Origin: Zygnema circumcarinatum SAG 698-1b
Taxonomy: Eukaryota > Plantae > Zygnematophyceae
DNA: 64,000 bases
NCBI GenBank assembly: GCA_037447605.1
Contig: CM074804.1
Coordinates: forward strand, 8,533,909 to 8,597,908
Direction of reading: 5' to 3'
Below, piece by piece: positions 34,696 through 48,217 of the stretch; positions within the stretch are counted from its first letter, which is position 1, and each line of letters starts with the position of its first letter. The notes under the pieces were generated by a model. That model was not told where the DNA came from, did not search any database, and was given only the letters and a program-made list of their open reading frames with translations. The translations under genes and the position numbers were made by a program.

Positions 34696-36541
34696 TCAAG
34701 TAAAATACGCAGACGCGAAGACCACGCTGGCGACTGCGCTGATTGCCAGCAGTGGGCCTGCAGGCACGGCTTTCTTGGTGGCAAAAAGCCGAATTCCTGC
34801 TCCAGACATGCATGGCACTGGCCGCGGAATAAATAAGCAGTTCCGAAAAATTCCTGCTGTTAACAAACAGTTTACGAGCTGTGCAATCAGACATGTAATG
34901 GAAAAGCTGCTCGGTGGGGGTTTGAAGGCGCAGTTGCCTCGTACCAAAGAGCGCGGCAAACAGGAGAGACGAGCCAAACCCCAGGGCCTGTCCGAGAGTC
35001 TCAGTGTCCGGGTTCTGCAGAAGGAAGTACGTCTGCAAGGAGCCCATGCACCAAACTCAGCATCCCTCCTTCTGCAGAGGATGCGACCCACATTTCCAGC
35101 ACAACACTGGAGCCCACACTCCCTCTCTCATCAAACCAGCAAAGGTAGGAATTTACGCTGATTTGAGAATGGCAATCAGTAATAGCCACTTTCTCACTAA
35201 AGCAAGAGCTATCATGACGCACGCATCCTCGCATGTCAAGAGAAGAACACTCCAGGAGCTCCACCTAAAGCAGCAACCCACAATTCCATCACCATAGCTT
35301 TCAGAAAAACGACTCAAAAGGGTATGCCCCGGAAATCATGTTATTGCAAAAATATAACGGCGGAGCGCCTCCTATCTTCACGCGGAGGAGAGGCAGCGCG
35401 GGAGACTGACAGCTGCGAGGAGGGCCCCTCCCGTGAGGCCGCCGCTCAAGGAGCCCTTGCTGCCTGTGCGCAGATCTGCCGCACCCACAACAATAAGAGA
35501 ATCGGTTACTGGTTTCTACAAAAAATGTTTGTTTGTTTTAGCTAGGGGAAACATTTTTCAAAATGTATGCAAACAAAAATGCCTTCCAAAAAAAAGGTGC
35601 CTTGTACCATTGTTGCTAATGTGCAGTGGACATTATTCCAGGGGCAAGGATTGGGTGCTCTCTGGTAGGCAAATGTAAGCAGCAACAGCACACTTAAGCG
35701 TATTGCACACTCAAAGACGAGGAGCCGAATGAGATCGAGAAATGTCCTTCATGCTGTGATGACTCTCAAGCAAACTATTGGACAGGCACTGAAATGCAAA
35801 GTCTCAGTGGTTCCAAAGGAGAGGAGTCATTGTTGCGGCAGACATGAACTTCAAGACTCGGCCCACAAACGCAGCCGGGCTTCACTAAAATGCCCTTGAA
35901 AAAATTCAGAAAAATAGTTCCATGAAGCGGATCAATATTACTGCTTCATTCATGCCTCTGGAATGACGCTCAGATAAGTAAGCACGAATCACAAAAGCAT
36001 CCTACATCCCAAAAAAAAAACATACAAAAATAGGTTGGCATCCAGAAGACGAAAGGCAAGAGCAGGGGTAGACAACGGCAAGCAAGGACAGACAAAATAA
36101 TAAAAAAACAGCCGCAAATGCAGCACAAAGGCCTCGCAATTTTCTCACTTTAAGCAATCATTTTCACGACATCAAATATAAGCGAATAAAAGTTCTTGAA
36201 CATGACTGACATGCGAATAGCCCTCCACCAAAAAGTGCAGCTCCATACACAGCTGCCGTCGCGTCCACGTACTCCCCTAAAGCTGCACGGCAAACGCCAT
36301 GAATGCCTCTGCTTCTACCTCTCCTCCTCTCCTGGTAATTCAACCCCCCGCAGCTGCGCCGCCTGAAAGAGGGCGACACCTCCGAGGCAGCGCAGGAGAG
36401 GTCCGAGCAGTTCCAGTCAGGTCGGCCGCAGAGCGCTTGGCCAAAGCACAGAGGAACAGCCGCGGCAGGCACGTGCCGCGCAGAGGCGGCGCGCTGAGAG
36501 AAGACAGCAGGCGACGCCGGGCAGAGGGAGGAGGCGGCCAT
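34696..36541 (-). CDS. FAX4: Plastid fatty-acid export protein (TMEM14 family), FAX4-like, 4 exons, 194 aa
   Basis: Exons 36541-36211, 35475-35411, 35032-34945, 34796-34696. Transit-peptide-like start, then YGAALFGGGLFAYLRTGSKGSLSGGLTGGALLAATYFLLQNPDT...FGIRLFATKKAVPAGPLL. Confidence 0.9.
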
Positions 36542-37342
36542 GGCTGCGAGCGGGCCCAGCGCGTGTCCGAGGGCCTCGCCTCGCCGCGGGTTGCTCGGAG
36601 GGAGGGCCCGCCGCGCTTCCATGCGCGGCCGAACTAGCCGCTCCATGCAGCGCCCGGCGAGACGAGCTCTATGACTGTCGTTCCGCACTACGTTGGTTTA
36701 CACGTGGCACGCATCCTGCCCGACACGTATCCAATCGTACGGCACGGACGAGGGGGTACGAACGGCCTAGACAGCCAGCCGAGGCGGCGGGGGGCCGTAC
36801 CAATCGTACGATTGAGTGCACAGTGGACAGAGCAAGCAGAGCAGCAGGCAGCGGGAGGGGGAGTGGGAGAGAGGCAGGGAGAGGAAGGGAGGGAGGGAGA
36901 GGGGCGAGCTGCCGCCCGGGGCAGGGCACGGCAGGGCGGGGCAGGGCACGGGCGGGGCGGGGCGGGGGCAACTCGGAGCGACTGCACGGAATTGAATTGG
37001 TCCCGCTCGCCGACTGAGCCTGGCTGTTGTCCGTCACTCTCAGCTGCTCTTAGAACGTCTCTTTCCTTATTTTTATCTCACTACAAAATATTCATTGGTT
37101 CAAATAGGTTTCTAATGTTCAAGCTTGCAAAATCTGGAGAACTGCGACAGCTTTCGTGCAACTCTTCCCTCCGACTTTATTTCTAATCATGTTAAACCTT
37201 TCTGAACCTTTGCTTCGCTGCGTCATCCATCCCTGAGCTCTTGCTATCCTTGGCGAGTTCCATTCGCTCGAACTCGCGGAACTGAGTTTACCGAACTCTT
37301 TTGGAGAAAGTTCTCCTTCGTTTCTGAATTTTATAGGTTTCA

Positions 37343-40300
37343 ATGGTTTCTGAGGCTTCTGCGCATTCATCAAGCGATATTGATAAGGGGGGAGGTGATC
37401 AGCTTCAAATGAAGGTGGCGTATTGCCAGCCTGCTGCTGCAGCAGCTGATTTGAGAGCTGGCGACGCGCCAGCTAGCAGCGCTCTTTCATATGCCGAACA
37501 AGCAACTCCTTTTGTAGCCGCTCAGGAAGTGAAGGCGCCTGCAAGCGCGGTGCTCTCTATTTGCAAGTCATTGATTGCCGGTGGAGTCGCAGGGGGCGTG
37601 TAAGTTTCCTGCCTCTTCGTTTGGAGGGCCCAATGCTGATAGGGGATAAGCGCTAAAACTGCTCTGCGGTTGCTTTGATGAATGCCAGATTCGTGCCTTT
37701 CAGGTACTTCACTATTCTGCGTGCGCTTAGCTCCTAAACCTGTACAATATCCTTGAGCAAAATCCATTCTTTGCTGTAAGCTGATTAGAGGAACATCATC
37801 ATAACTCGAATGACCCTGCGGTGGCCTGGCGATGTACAGATCTCGTTCAGCTGTTGCACCTTTGGAGAGGTTGAAGATTCTGCTTCAGGTAAAGGCAGGC
37901 TTTTTTTACTGCAAGAAATTAAGGCAGCAACGTTGGCTGCTTCACCATTCCAGAGAGCAGCTCATTGAGATTTAGTGAACCTATAGATACGTCCTCTGTT
38001 CCTACAACAGATGTGTTGCTGCGGGCCGCTGCAGGTTCAGAATGCGCACAATGCCAAATACACCGGCACGATTCAAGGCTTGAGATACATATGGGCGCAT
38101 GAAGGCATTCGCGGTTTTTTCAAAGGCAATGGCACTAATTGCGCCCGCATTATTCCAAACTCTGCTGTGAAGTTTTACAGTTATGAGCAGGCTGCAAAGT
38201 AAGTTTGCGTGGTTAAGCATCAATCGTCTCTAGCTAGTATTTGATGCGCAGTAAGGATGCGGCCTCAGTTGTTGCTCAGAAGACGATGAGAGTTTGGGCA
38301 ACCCTTCTATTGAATGCAAGAGTGGCACACCGTTTCTAAGGTGTAGGTGTGTGTGGGGCTTCTCTGCAGTGGCATCCTGTGGCTTCACCGACAGCGGAGT
38401 AACAATCCAGGTGTGTACGAGTGTCTGGCCTTTGTCTTTTCTGTTAGGACTTTCTCAGTCCTGCATTTGAAACTAGTGGTTCTTTGAATAATACGGACCC
38501 TCAAAGTTGGTCAGATTCGACGCATTACAAGGAAAATGTTGGTTTTCGCTCCTTTCCCTTTTTCGCTTTTTCTTTTTTCTTCCCTTTTGTTCAAAAGATT
38601 TGAAGCAGTGTAACTGGATGCTTTTATTCTCTTGATGTAAAGTGATTTTTTCTTGGTTATCCTCGGTAAACGTAAACTTTTGAGGAGTTTAACTTCCTGT
38701 AGTGATCCCTGTATCACTTCACAGATGCCGAGCTCACGCCATTTTTACGGCTTTGCGCGGGTGCTACCGCGGGAATCATTGCAATGTCTGCAACATATCC
38801 AATGGATATGGTTCGGGGGAGGCTCACTGTCCAAGTAAGTACCCTTGCCCTGAGAACTCTGCGTGTCTTGTCAAGGCATCTGCGTCCTTCGCCCTCCTTC
38901 CAAAGCCCATTGGCTTGTGCAGGCACGTCAGCGCGCAGCTGAGGTCAGAAAGCCACTTCGTGCCTCACAACGCACAAGCCTCATCACTCAGAGACTTGGA
39001 CTGCTCTGTGCAAAGCCGAGTGATGAGGACCCTTTGCACCTGCGGTCGTGGTATCGTGGTGTTGAGCAACTAAATTGGAGTGCTCAGCTCCGTGTTCGAC
39101 ACCTTGCTGCAATATCCTGCGCTTGAGCCACCAGAAACACGCATGCCAACTGTAACGATACGGCAAAAAGTGCTCCTCGTTTACTGTGAAATCGAAATGT
39201 GCAGACACGGTTTGATCAAACCAATGATTAGCTGCAGCCCTTCACAGTCTTACTCAGTTTTTGCAGTCTTCACTGGGTAATATACTTTTTTTGCGCATCC
39301 GGTTTCTTAAGAGATAGTACATGCTTTCATGTACGAAGCTCTTTCCTGCAGCTACTGTTGGCAGCCTCATCAGTCGTATGTGGCTAAATCTTGCTGCTAT
39401 CGAATAGGCTTTCTATACTTTTTGGAACTAGTGGTCTATTCAAGTCCCTCACTTACTCGAGCTTGCGTTGCCGTGATGCAGAATGCAGACTCCCCTCATC
39501 AATATAGGGGAATGTTGCATGCGATGACCACTGTTGTCCGTGAGGAGGGCCCCAGGGCCCTGTACAGAGGCTGGGTACCATCTGTCATCGGTGTGGTGAG
39601 TTACCCTGTACTGTAGGCCAAGCTGTGCTGCGCTTGTTGCATGTTGACGGAGCATCGGTTACAATTCCAGACTGAGTGACGAGCATTGAAGGATCACTTA
39701 TCGGGTCATGGTTTTGGTTAAAACAGCTAACTTAATCAATTGGAAATATTATGCTATCTCTGGCAACCTAATTGAGTTGGTCACTTTGCAGTACGCTTTA
39801 CTTAGAAGCGTTCATGTGCACCCATTGCATTGTGCTTGTGTGCAGGTTCCATATGTGGGCCTCAACTTCGCGGTCTATGAAACGCTGAAAGACTGGGTGT
39901 ACAAGAGGCAGCCCGTGGGAGAGCAGGCAGAGCTGTCGGTGATGACGAAGCTGGCCTGCGGAGCGGCGGCGGGCACAGTGGGCCAGACTGTGGCCTATCC
40001 CCTGGATGTGGTTCGCAGACGCCTGCAGATGGTGGGCTGGAAAAGTGCCGCTCCCGCGCTGACTCCGGAGGGCAGCTTCCAGGCGTCTCCGCAGTACACA
40101 GGGATGCTGGACTGCTTTGCAAAGACGGTGAAACAGGAAGGCGTTCCGGCTCTGTACAAGGGACTGGTGCCCAACTGTGTCAAGGTGCGCCTCTCTCTCT
40201 CGGCGCTGCCAAGTTCGCGCCTGTCCCAAGCGTATGCATACTCCAAAGCCTGCCTGATGAGTGCCCGACCCTGCCTGATGATGGGCGCGGGGTTGCAGGT

Positions 40301-40382
40301 GGTCCCATCCATCGCCATCGCGTTTGTGACATACGAGGTCATGCGGGACATGCTTGGAGTGGAGATTAGAATATCCGATTAG
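37343..40382 (+). CDS. ADNT1: Mitochondrial carrier, adenine nucleotide transporter ADNT1-like
   Basis: [79 protein letters not shown], and C-terminus VPSIAIAFVTYE...LGVEIRISD*. Three PxDxxR/K repeats. Start codon tentative. Confidence 0.93.
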
Positions 40383-41010
40383 CCCATTATTGGCTCGGGC
40401 CACGCGGGAAGAGGCGTGGCCTGGAAGCTTTTTTTCATTTGCAGCCATTCTGCTGCGGACTTGGAAGGTTGTCTGCTGTTGTACACAAGTGAAGCGCCTT
40501 GGTTTCAGGGCGTGAGAATGCGCATCTGCGTGGCATGCAGTCGGAAGGACTCCCCTCGTGCGTTCACTGGTCTGCTTGTCAGGCTAAAGCGGCATGCTGC
40601 TGTGCTTGGATTGTGGTCGGGCCACGGCTTCCCCGCACAGCACAATGCGCACCTGCCTCTTTGTCTCCAGCCCTGTCCGCGGCAGCCAATGACGGGTCGA
40701 ACAAAGATGAGGGTTCGGTGATGAGGATAACATCACTTCATTCTTTCCTGCAGGCGGAGGAATGACCGCGACCGGGTTGCTTCCATACATGTGCCATTGT
40801 TAGAAGACGTGTCTGCACAAATCACAATTCTACAAGTTTTGCGTTTCCGAATTATGCAAACTCAGAGTTTACATTTTGTACAGACTGTGCTTCAGAGATC
40901 AGACTAAGGAAAAACAAGCTATCCAATGGAACTTCTTTGATGCCATTTACGCAATTTTGCTGCTGTCCGAGCCACGAAATGACACCGCTATCAGGGCATT
41001 CTCGGCCCCT

Positions 41011-44000
41011 TCACGGGATGCCTTCCTCCGTGGACGGCAACGGCGCGGGGCGCCATTGCGGTGCGCCCACGCCGTCCATGAGCATGATGCCCCTCTCTGC
41101 GAGGGCCTTACGAATGTCGTCCGACCGCTCCCACTGCTTCGCCTCCCGTGCGGCCGCCCTCTCCTTCACGAACGCGTCCAGCTGCTCCTCACTCAGCTCC
41201 GCTCGCTTCAGCGCAAGCGTCCTCAGCTCTTGCAATATCTGCGTCCTCACACACACTCAGACACTGACTCTGTGAGACCAGGCACTTCTACCTCTCTTTC
41301 AACACGGGTATGTGAAAGCTCAGGAGGGTTGCCATCCTCGACGGACCCAAACCACACATGAAAGTCAGTGGGCGGCGGGAAAGATACCTCGAGGCATCCG
41401 TCAGTGGGCAGTCCGAGAACAGAAAGTATTTCCAACACCGCCTCATGAAGTGCTCGTAACGATGCTAAACGTGACTTGTCTTTCCTACCCTGCACAGTAA
41501 CCCATCCCCCAAGTAAATGATAGGAGTTGAAATCGACCTTTTTTGAGGTGTCGGAAGGGTGGAAGACGGAATAGCGCAGGGTGGTTTATTCCAGCACCTG
41601 TCAAGCGCGTCGAGCCAACTCGTCCCACCTTCTTTGTGTGGATGAGGTCGTTCATTGCCTTCAACGGCTCGGAAAACGCTGCCACTGCTAACGATGTGTG
41701 CAGATCATCAGCCATGGATTCTCTGAAGGCCCTCCTTAGCTCCTCCGCTATTTGCGAAGCTTCCTTGCCTGGAGGGCCATCCGTTCCTCTTGCGTCTCCA
41801 AAAAGGACATCGCAGTCCCCTAAAACCTGACAGACCCGGCCCTTTCCACAAAAGTGAACGGTTCAGATACGCCGAAGATGCAGACTTCAAAGATGTGTAC
41901 TGCTCCGTGTACAGTGCAATGGAGAAGCCCAACTGCACAATACCTGGTAGAGATAGTATATCCGATCAGAAGCCTGCTCGAGCTGGCGCTGAGAATAGTT
42001 TATTGGCGAACGGTACTGTGTGCCTAAGAGGAACCACCGCAATGCCGTCGGATGATACGTTTCCAATACCTGTCAGAACCGTTCCACGAAACTAAGGGCC
42101 TCATTAGACATTCATGTGCAGAAATGCTGTCACTCTGAGGAGAAGAAAACAGAGAGCGGGACCCACAACTGAAGTCACCTTCAGTCTCCTTCACCTCTCC
42201 TTAGGCTCACCTGTCTTATGGTGAAGAAGTTTCCCAGCGATTTTGACATTTTCTCCTTGTCCACGTTAACAAATCCGTTATGCAACCAATAGCTGACATT
42301 GCTGCTGCTGCATGCCGCGCGGCTTTGCGCCAGCTCATTCTCATGGTGAGGGAAAACCAGATCTCTCCCTCCCCCGTGAATGTCAAAAGAGTGCGACAGA
42401 TGGCGCGCACTCATCGCGCTGCATTCAATGTGCCATCCGGGCCGCCCTCGGCCCCACGGGCTCACCCACGAGACCTCCCCCGGCTTCGCACTCTGCGCAG
42501 CAAGTTTTGTCCCAAACTGAATGGAGCGAACATGCCCAAAACGACGATCCACTCATCCGAACACCCGTGTCCTATGATGATGACAAAATGTAGAATTACT
42601 CGAGATGGAGATGGAGATGGAGATGGAAATCTGTAAAAACAGGTGTTTCTGAACAAAGCATTCTTCATAGCTGTTTCAAAACATGCCACATTAAGAACTA
42701 CATTCGTAGCCATTGAACATATAGAGCCAATCAGAACGGAGGAAACCTTCCAGAGCACAAAATCGAACGGATTCCGCTTGCGTTCATCCACAGCGACCCG
42801 CTCTCCTGCGCGGTTTTCGTCCAGCTTGCGCCCAGATAGCTCTCCATACTCAGAATATTTGTCGACAGAAAAATAAACATCTCCGCCCTCTACCGCATAG
42901 CCATAGCCATTATCGATTATCTGCAAACGCAGGCAGCCTCAGTTTCAATGAGTTGAACTGAAAAGGCTTATATTTCATTAGCTGAGAATAACAACCACAT
43001 GAGAAACTGAAGCAGCAGTAAAGCTCAAAGGCCCATGGAAACTTAAAAGAGACGAGAAGAGAAGAGGAGAGTCAACCTTGTCAATCATAGCAACGATTTC
43101 GTTGATATGAGTCGATACGCGCGGCTCAATAGTGGGAGGAAGGCAGTGCAACAGCGCCATGTCCACTTGGAACTCCTCACAGAACCGCTGACTAAGTACA
43201 AGAGGGTCTTCCCCAAGCTCAGCAGCTCTATTGATGATCTGCACTAGACGAACCCCGAGTCCTTCCCAAATAGCATCACATGCACATACACGAAATCCCC
43301 GAGAAATTGAAGTCCAAAATGAAATTGACGGCCAGCCATATTCATGTAAGAAACCCTAACCACCCTAAAAACCAATGACAGCTTCAGTGACCCTCCAAAG
43401 CACATCAAGGGGCCTTGCTTATTTGACGCGACACAAAAGTCGCTCACTGGTCGCGTTTAGCACACAACGGCGTGCGATGACCAATCAACGCAGAGCACAG
43501 CATGCTTCATGGCCGCATCTGGTGCCCAGCAACAGAGGGCTCTCCCGAGTTGCTCTCAAGCCGCTTACCTTATCGTCAACGTCCGTGAAATTGCGCACAT
43601 ATGTCACCTCGTAACCAAGGTGACGAAGATAACTGCCACCTTCAGCAACATAGAATTCAAATTATGTACATTACGTCACGCCACAGTCGACCCACTTGGA
43701 CTGCACAAATTCGGAAAGCATGTGCAAAGCCTAGGGCTTGCAAGCTTTAACTTATAAGAAATTTGCTTAAATTAGAAAAGAGCTGAGTAGGGAAGCAAAT
43801 GTCAAACTGAAGATAATAGTGTCAGCATTGTTCACAGAAACTGATAAAATGCTAGATTAAACTTTCTAATGCCCCAACAACTAACGGTTTGACCACTCAC
43901 CGGTACAAAACGTCAAATGCGACATAAACCCGAGCGTGGCCAATATGGCTGTAGTCGTATGCCGTCACTCCACAGACGTACATTCCCACCTTGCCTTCAA

Positions 44001-44529
44001 CTTTGGGACGAAAAACCTCTTTTTGCCGACTCATGGTGTTGTACAAGCAGAGCTGCGGCGCCAAGGATGACGCTTCTGCGCCATCCTCAGTGGCATCGTC
44101 TCGACGGGGGGCCGCGGACTGACCCGACTTCGCTGTATCTGCCACGGCGCTGAGCGCCGCTGCCACCATGGCCCGACTGCAGCAAGACCCCTCAGCGCCG
44201 AAAGCGGCTGCACGGCTCACAGTCTCTCTCACTATCAAACGAGCTGCGGATGGGATAGGCAAAATCGTTTGAGAAAAAACAAGGGGCCGACGAAAGAGAG
44301 ACGAGCCACGACAGAACGAAGACTCAGTGCCTGCCAAGCCCCCCTGCTTCCCAACCTGCGGAAGTTGCTGGCTTCCATGAATGGCCATTGCGGAAGAACA
44401 GAGCGGAGGCAGCGGAAGCGAGTACGGGTGCTGCGCCGAGGAGGAGGGCCCTCGGGCACCAGCACCATGGCAGAGGGCGGCGATGCCGTTGACGCGGCGC
44501 AGGGAGGTCGCCATGGCGGTGGACGCCAT
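41011..44529 (-). CDS. SYCO: Cysteinyl-tRNA synthetase, organellar (N-terminal transit peptide)
   Basis: [18 protein letters not shown] (HIGH), [45 protein letters not shown]-terminal anticodon domain (SDDIRKAL...GIMLMD). Confidence 0.95.
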
Positions 44530-45025
44530 AGCTCTCGCGCTCTGACCTCGGCCCCGCCCCCGCGCCGCTTCTAGGGCTGACGTGGTGGCCCTTCCAAGTC
44601 CGCGCAGTCAGCGACGGAACTGAGCTCAAGGAGCAGCTTCGCGTGACGTCATGGACGTGTCGGCACGTACTTGCGGCGACCGGTCGCTCACGCGGCGCCG
44701 AGGGCGGGCGCCACGTGGCGCATCGGCCACGTGGCGGGTCAGGAGTGGCCGGAGGGCGGTCCTGCGGGGCGGGCGGCCATGGCGGGCGGCCATGGCGGGC
44801 GGACGGCGCCTCCCTCTCCCTCTCCGCCCGCCGGCCGCCATGGCCTCGCCCCCGCGCAGGGCCCCTCCCGCCGCACGCGGGCCGCCTGCCGCCTGACGCG
44901 GGGCTGGAGCCGAGCCGAGCCGTTGGTCCTGGAGGGAGGGACGACCGGGACCGGGACTGGGACTGAAGGAGGAGGAGGAGGTGCGCTTCGCCGCGAGGCG
45001 TGTGGTGCCGTCCGTTTGCTTCGCG

Positions 45026-46342
45026 ATGGGCTGCATGGGCTCGAAGGCGCAGGATAGCGAAGGTATGGCCCGCTAAGTTCAAGCTCCGTGTCGAGTTCTT
45101 CAGAGTAGGTGCAGTCTTCAGTAGATGGAGCCTTGTTTTGCGTGCTTGAATCAAGGGGGTGACAAGCAGACGGGCCCGGGATGAGGTCTTCACCTGCAGC
45201 TTTGGGAGTGTGGTCTGCAGAGCGAGTGAAGAGTGTTTGAAGGAGTATGGTCTGGGTGTAGGTAGGAGCCGATGTTGAGTTGTTCCTGGAGCCCTTCTTC
45301 TTTGCAGGACGTTATATCTTGAATAAAGAGCGTTCTTCGCTTCAGGGATTTCAGCTTTCGTTTCTTTTTCATTTGGTTTTTCTGTTTCACTCCTTACGCA
45401 GCATCAGGGAAGGGCCCTGAAGATTTCGCAGGACGCAACCCGATTAGTCACACGAGGAAGTTGAGGAAGCCGAAGCCATGGAAGCATCCTTCGCCCATCA
45501 CCAAGTCGCAGCTGAAAGCGATGCGCGATGAATTTTGGGACACGGCTCCTCACTATGGCGGGAGGCGAGGTGGGCGGCCTCTGTTTGCCTAACTCGTGTC
45601 TTTAAAGCATTAGTGCTGAGGGGCATGGTCGCTTGAAAGCGCCTTTTTGAGGACGCCGCTGAGGGTACTCTATTCGACCCGGACGGCTTGGTGCTTTTTT
45701 TTCTGACATCGCGAGCGAGGGACTTTTCTGCTATTACTGGAGGCAGTTGTTTGCGGCTCGAATTTCCTGAAATAACAGGCCGCTGCAGTAGCTGTCTGCA
45801 GAGATTTGGGATGCCCTCAGGGCTGCTGCAGAGGCGGATTTGAGTTTAGCCCAAGCGATTGTTGAGGGAGCAGGCATCATCGTAGCCAGCGATGACCTGT
45901 CAACCTGTTACGATGAAAGAGGTGAGCTGTGAGAGCTTCTCGCTCGCATGATTTTGTGCGTGTCGATCGGCTTCTGTATCTGTTTGTGGTCCACTTTGGT
46001 GTTCTCTAGCAAGGGCACAGTCCTTGTTGGCCTTGTGCAACAAGCTCTGAAAAGGGTTGCTCTGGCAGAATGAAAGTTTCCACACTCCCTCCCTGCATGC
46101 AGACATGCGTTGTCCTGTACTTCTCTCAAGCTCCGCTCCCTTCCCTCCACCAGGACATCCATGGCCCTTGGTCTGACCTCCCTTCCAGTGAAAGTCAGCA
46201 GTCCTGTTCTTCTTGTGTGTGGCGTTACCAAAGCATGCCCTTTTCTTCCGCTGATATTGTTGTCCTTCTTCTCCTTTCAGGCGCGAAATACGATTTACCG
46301 CAATATGTCCTAAGCGAACCGACGAACCTGAAAGATGAGTGA
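45026..46342 (+). CDS. Ubiquitin domain-containing protein (UBTD/DC-UbP N-terminal domain), N-myristoylation-type start, 4 exons
   Basis: MGCMGSK...[47 protein letters not shown]...[23 protein letters not shown]. Confidence 0.92.
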
Positions 46343-46682
46343 GGATATTTAGCCATTTCTCTGTGCAACTATTGATGCACGGAGAAGTAAGAGGGGGAGT
46401 GGGAATGAGACATGGAGGACGGGGGCTTCACTTGAAAAAGAAATATAGATCTCGGGAATCGTCCAGGATATCTTTAGTCAACTTTAATTTCAGTTACAGA
46501 TTAAGGCATGTGGGTACCATATTTTGCTTTTGCTTTTGCTTAAAAGTTTTCGGGGCTGGCGTAATTATAGGAAGGAAAAGGGTGTTAATGGGAATCTTTA
46601 TTCTTTCGTTCTTGAAGACCATCTTAAGATTCGGATGGTGCTGAAGGATGCCATGCAGCGGGGGGGGCACTTGCTCGGGCCC

Positions 46683-48115
46683 TCAGGGGCAGTAGGTCTG
46701 ACATAAACCGGCAGCGCTTGAAACGCGAGGGTGGAGGGCAAGGTCCTGCCGCTCCAGCTCAAAATTAATAAAGCACTTTGCATCTTCTTTGAGTTGGGTC
46801 CACCATGTGGCGTGCTGGGTTGGGGTTGGGGGGGGGGGGGGGGTACGTGATCTATAACTCTTGATCGTGAGCTGAGTGAAGCAGACGCGGCCTCTACGAC
46901 TTCCCGCAAGTATTTGAGAGCGCGGCCTCTCGCCTTGGGCTGTGCCCCTGTCACCTGGCCAGCCAGCCCACCTGCCAGCCGGGTGCATGTGCTTTCTCTT
47001 CCAAGCAGGCGTCAGGAAGTTCGCGACGCTCTTCTTTCTGCACGTCGCGCAGCAGCACGAGCATCGCCATGCTTCTGAGAGCTTGCAGCGCGCACAGCGG
47101 CAGCCCCACTGCCAGTCCCTCTCCCTGCAGTGCACGCCTCTCGCTGACTCCCGAGGTGTGTGGAGCAGCCTCACATTGAGACAGGGTGACCCAATGCTGG
47201 TAATGGCACATTGCATTCATTCAAACAGACCCCCACGCAAACGAAATGGCGAAGTTCGTCTGCTTAGACACACTGGTACCTGAAACGCATTGCGTGCATA
47301 CAGAGAGACTGCAGAAGGAGAAGCGCACAGAAAGAGGACGGAATGAAAATGACCACTAGCTCAGGCACTCACATTAATCAACACAGAGGAAGGGTTCGGC
47401 ATTCGGGATTGGAATTTTGTAAATGACATGGTCATGTTTGACAGCTGTCACCCTCTCTCCTATTCCCACCCTCCCTCCCCCCCCTACCAGCAGAACATAT
47501 CCAGGGTGCATAGGGAAAGAGTGGTCACGCATCCGATTCTTCCTCGCGATGATCAAACGATCCAGCAGACGCTACTTCTGCTAGCACATGAAGGCGAAGA
47601 GGGCATCGCACATGTTCCCTCGTTGTCACCATCCTCGAGCAGTGCATTTGCCGGTCAATGTCTTGGCATCCAGTCATCGGCTTCCGAAATGGAGAAACAA
47701 AATGGATCGCGAAATATCTGCACAGGCCCACAAATTTGAATGCCTTCAAGCGTCGTAAAGTTTAAAATGAATGGCAATGGCTCTGCAGCTTGCAGCCCGA
47801 CCAAGTACGGTTCTATCATGTTTATTCAAGCAGCCAACACAAGTTATGGGGCTGAGATGGCAGGGAAGGACGGCCGAGGGGTGTGGTGGGTGTAGAATAG
47901 AACAAAATCTTGAGCATTTCAAACCTCCAACTCAGCAAACAAATAACTTGATTGGGAGGAAGAATCGGTGCGAGCTGCGAGTGTATGCTTACTGAACTGA
48001 GGTCGCCCCTCACCTGCAGCTTCAACTTGCTCTGTCCATGTCTCCCCAGTTGACCGGCGTAGAATGTGGCATAAGCCCCCGTAAGTGCGTATGCTTGAAG
48101 TTGCCCCAAATCCAA
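46683..48115 (-). CDS. Possible multi-exon gene of unknown function
   Basis: Several short minus-strand segments with splice-like borders (e.g. GAQPKARGRALKYLREVVEAASASL, LVLLRDVQKEERRELPDACLEEK, ELERQDLALHPRV...YCP*). No consistent model or family obtained. Confidence 0.2.
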
Positions 48116-48217
48116 ACGGTAACAGAGTGATACGACAGGCTAAAAAATGGCTACCTATACGTGTTTGTACTCGTCACTAGGACAAGGAGGGAGGGTGTCG
48201 CTTCACCTAAACTGGAG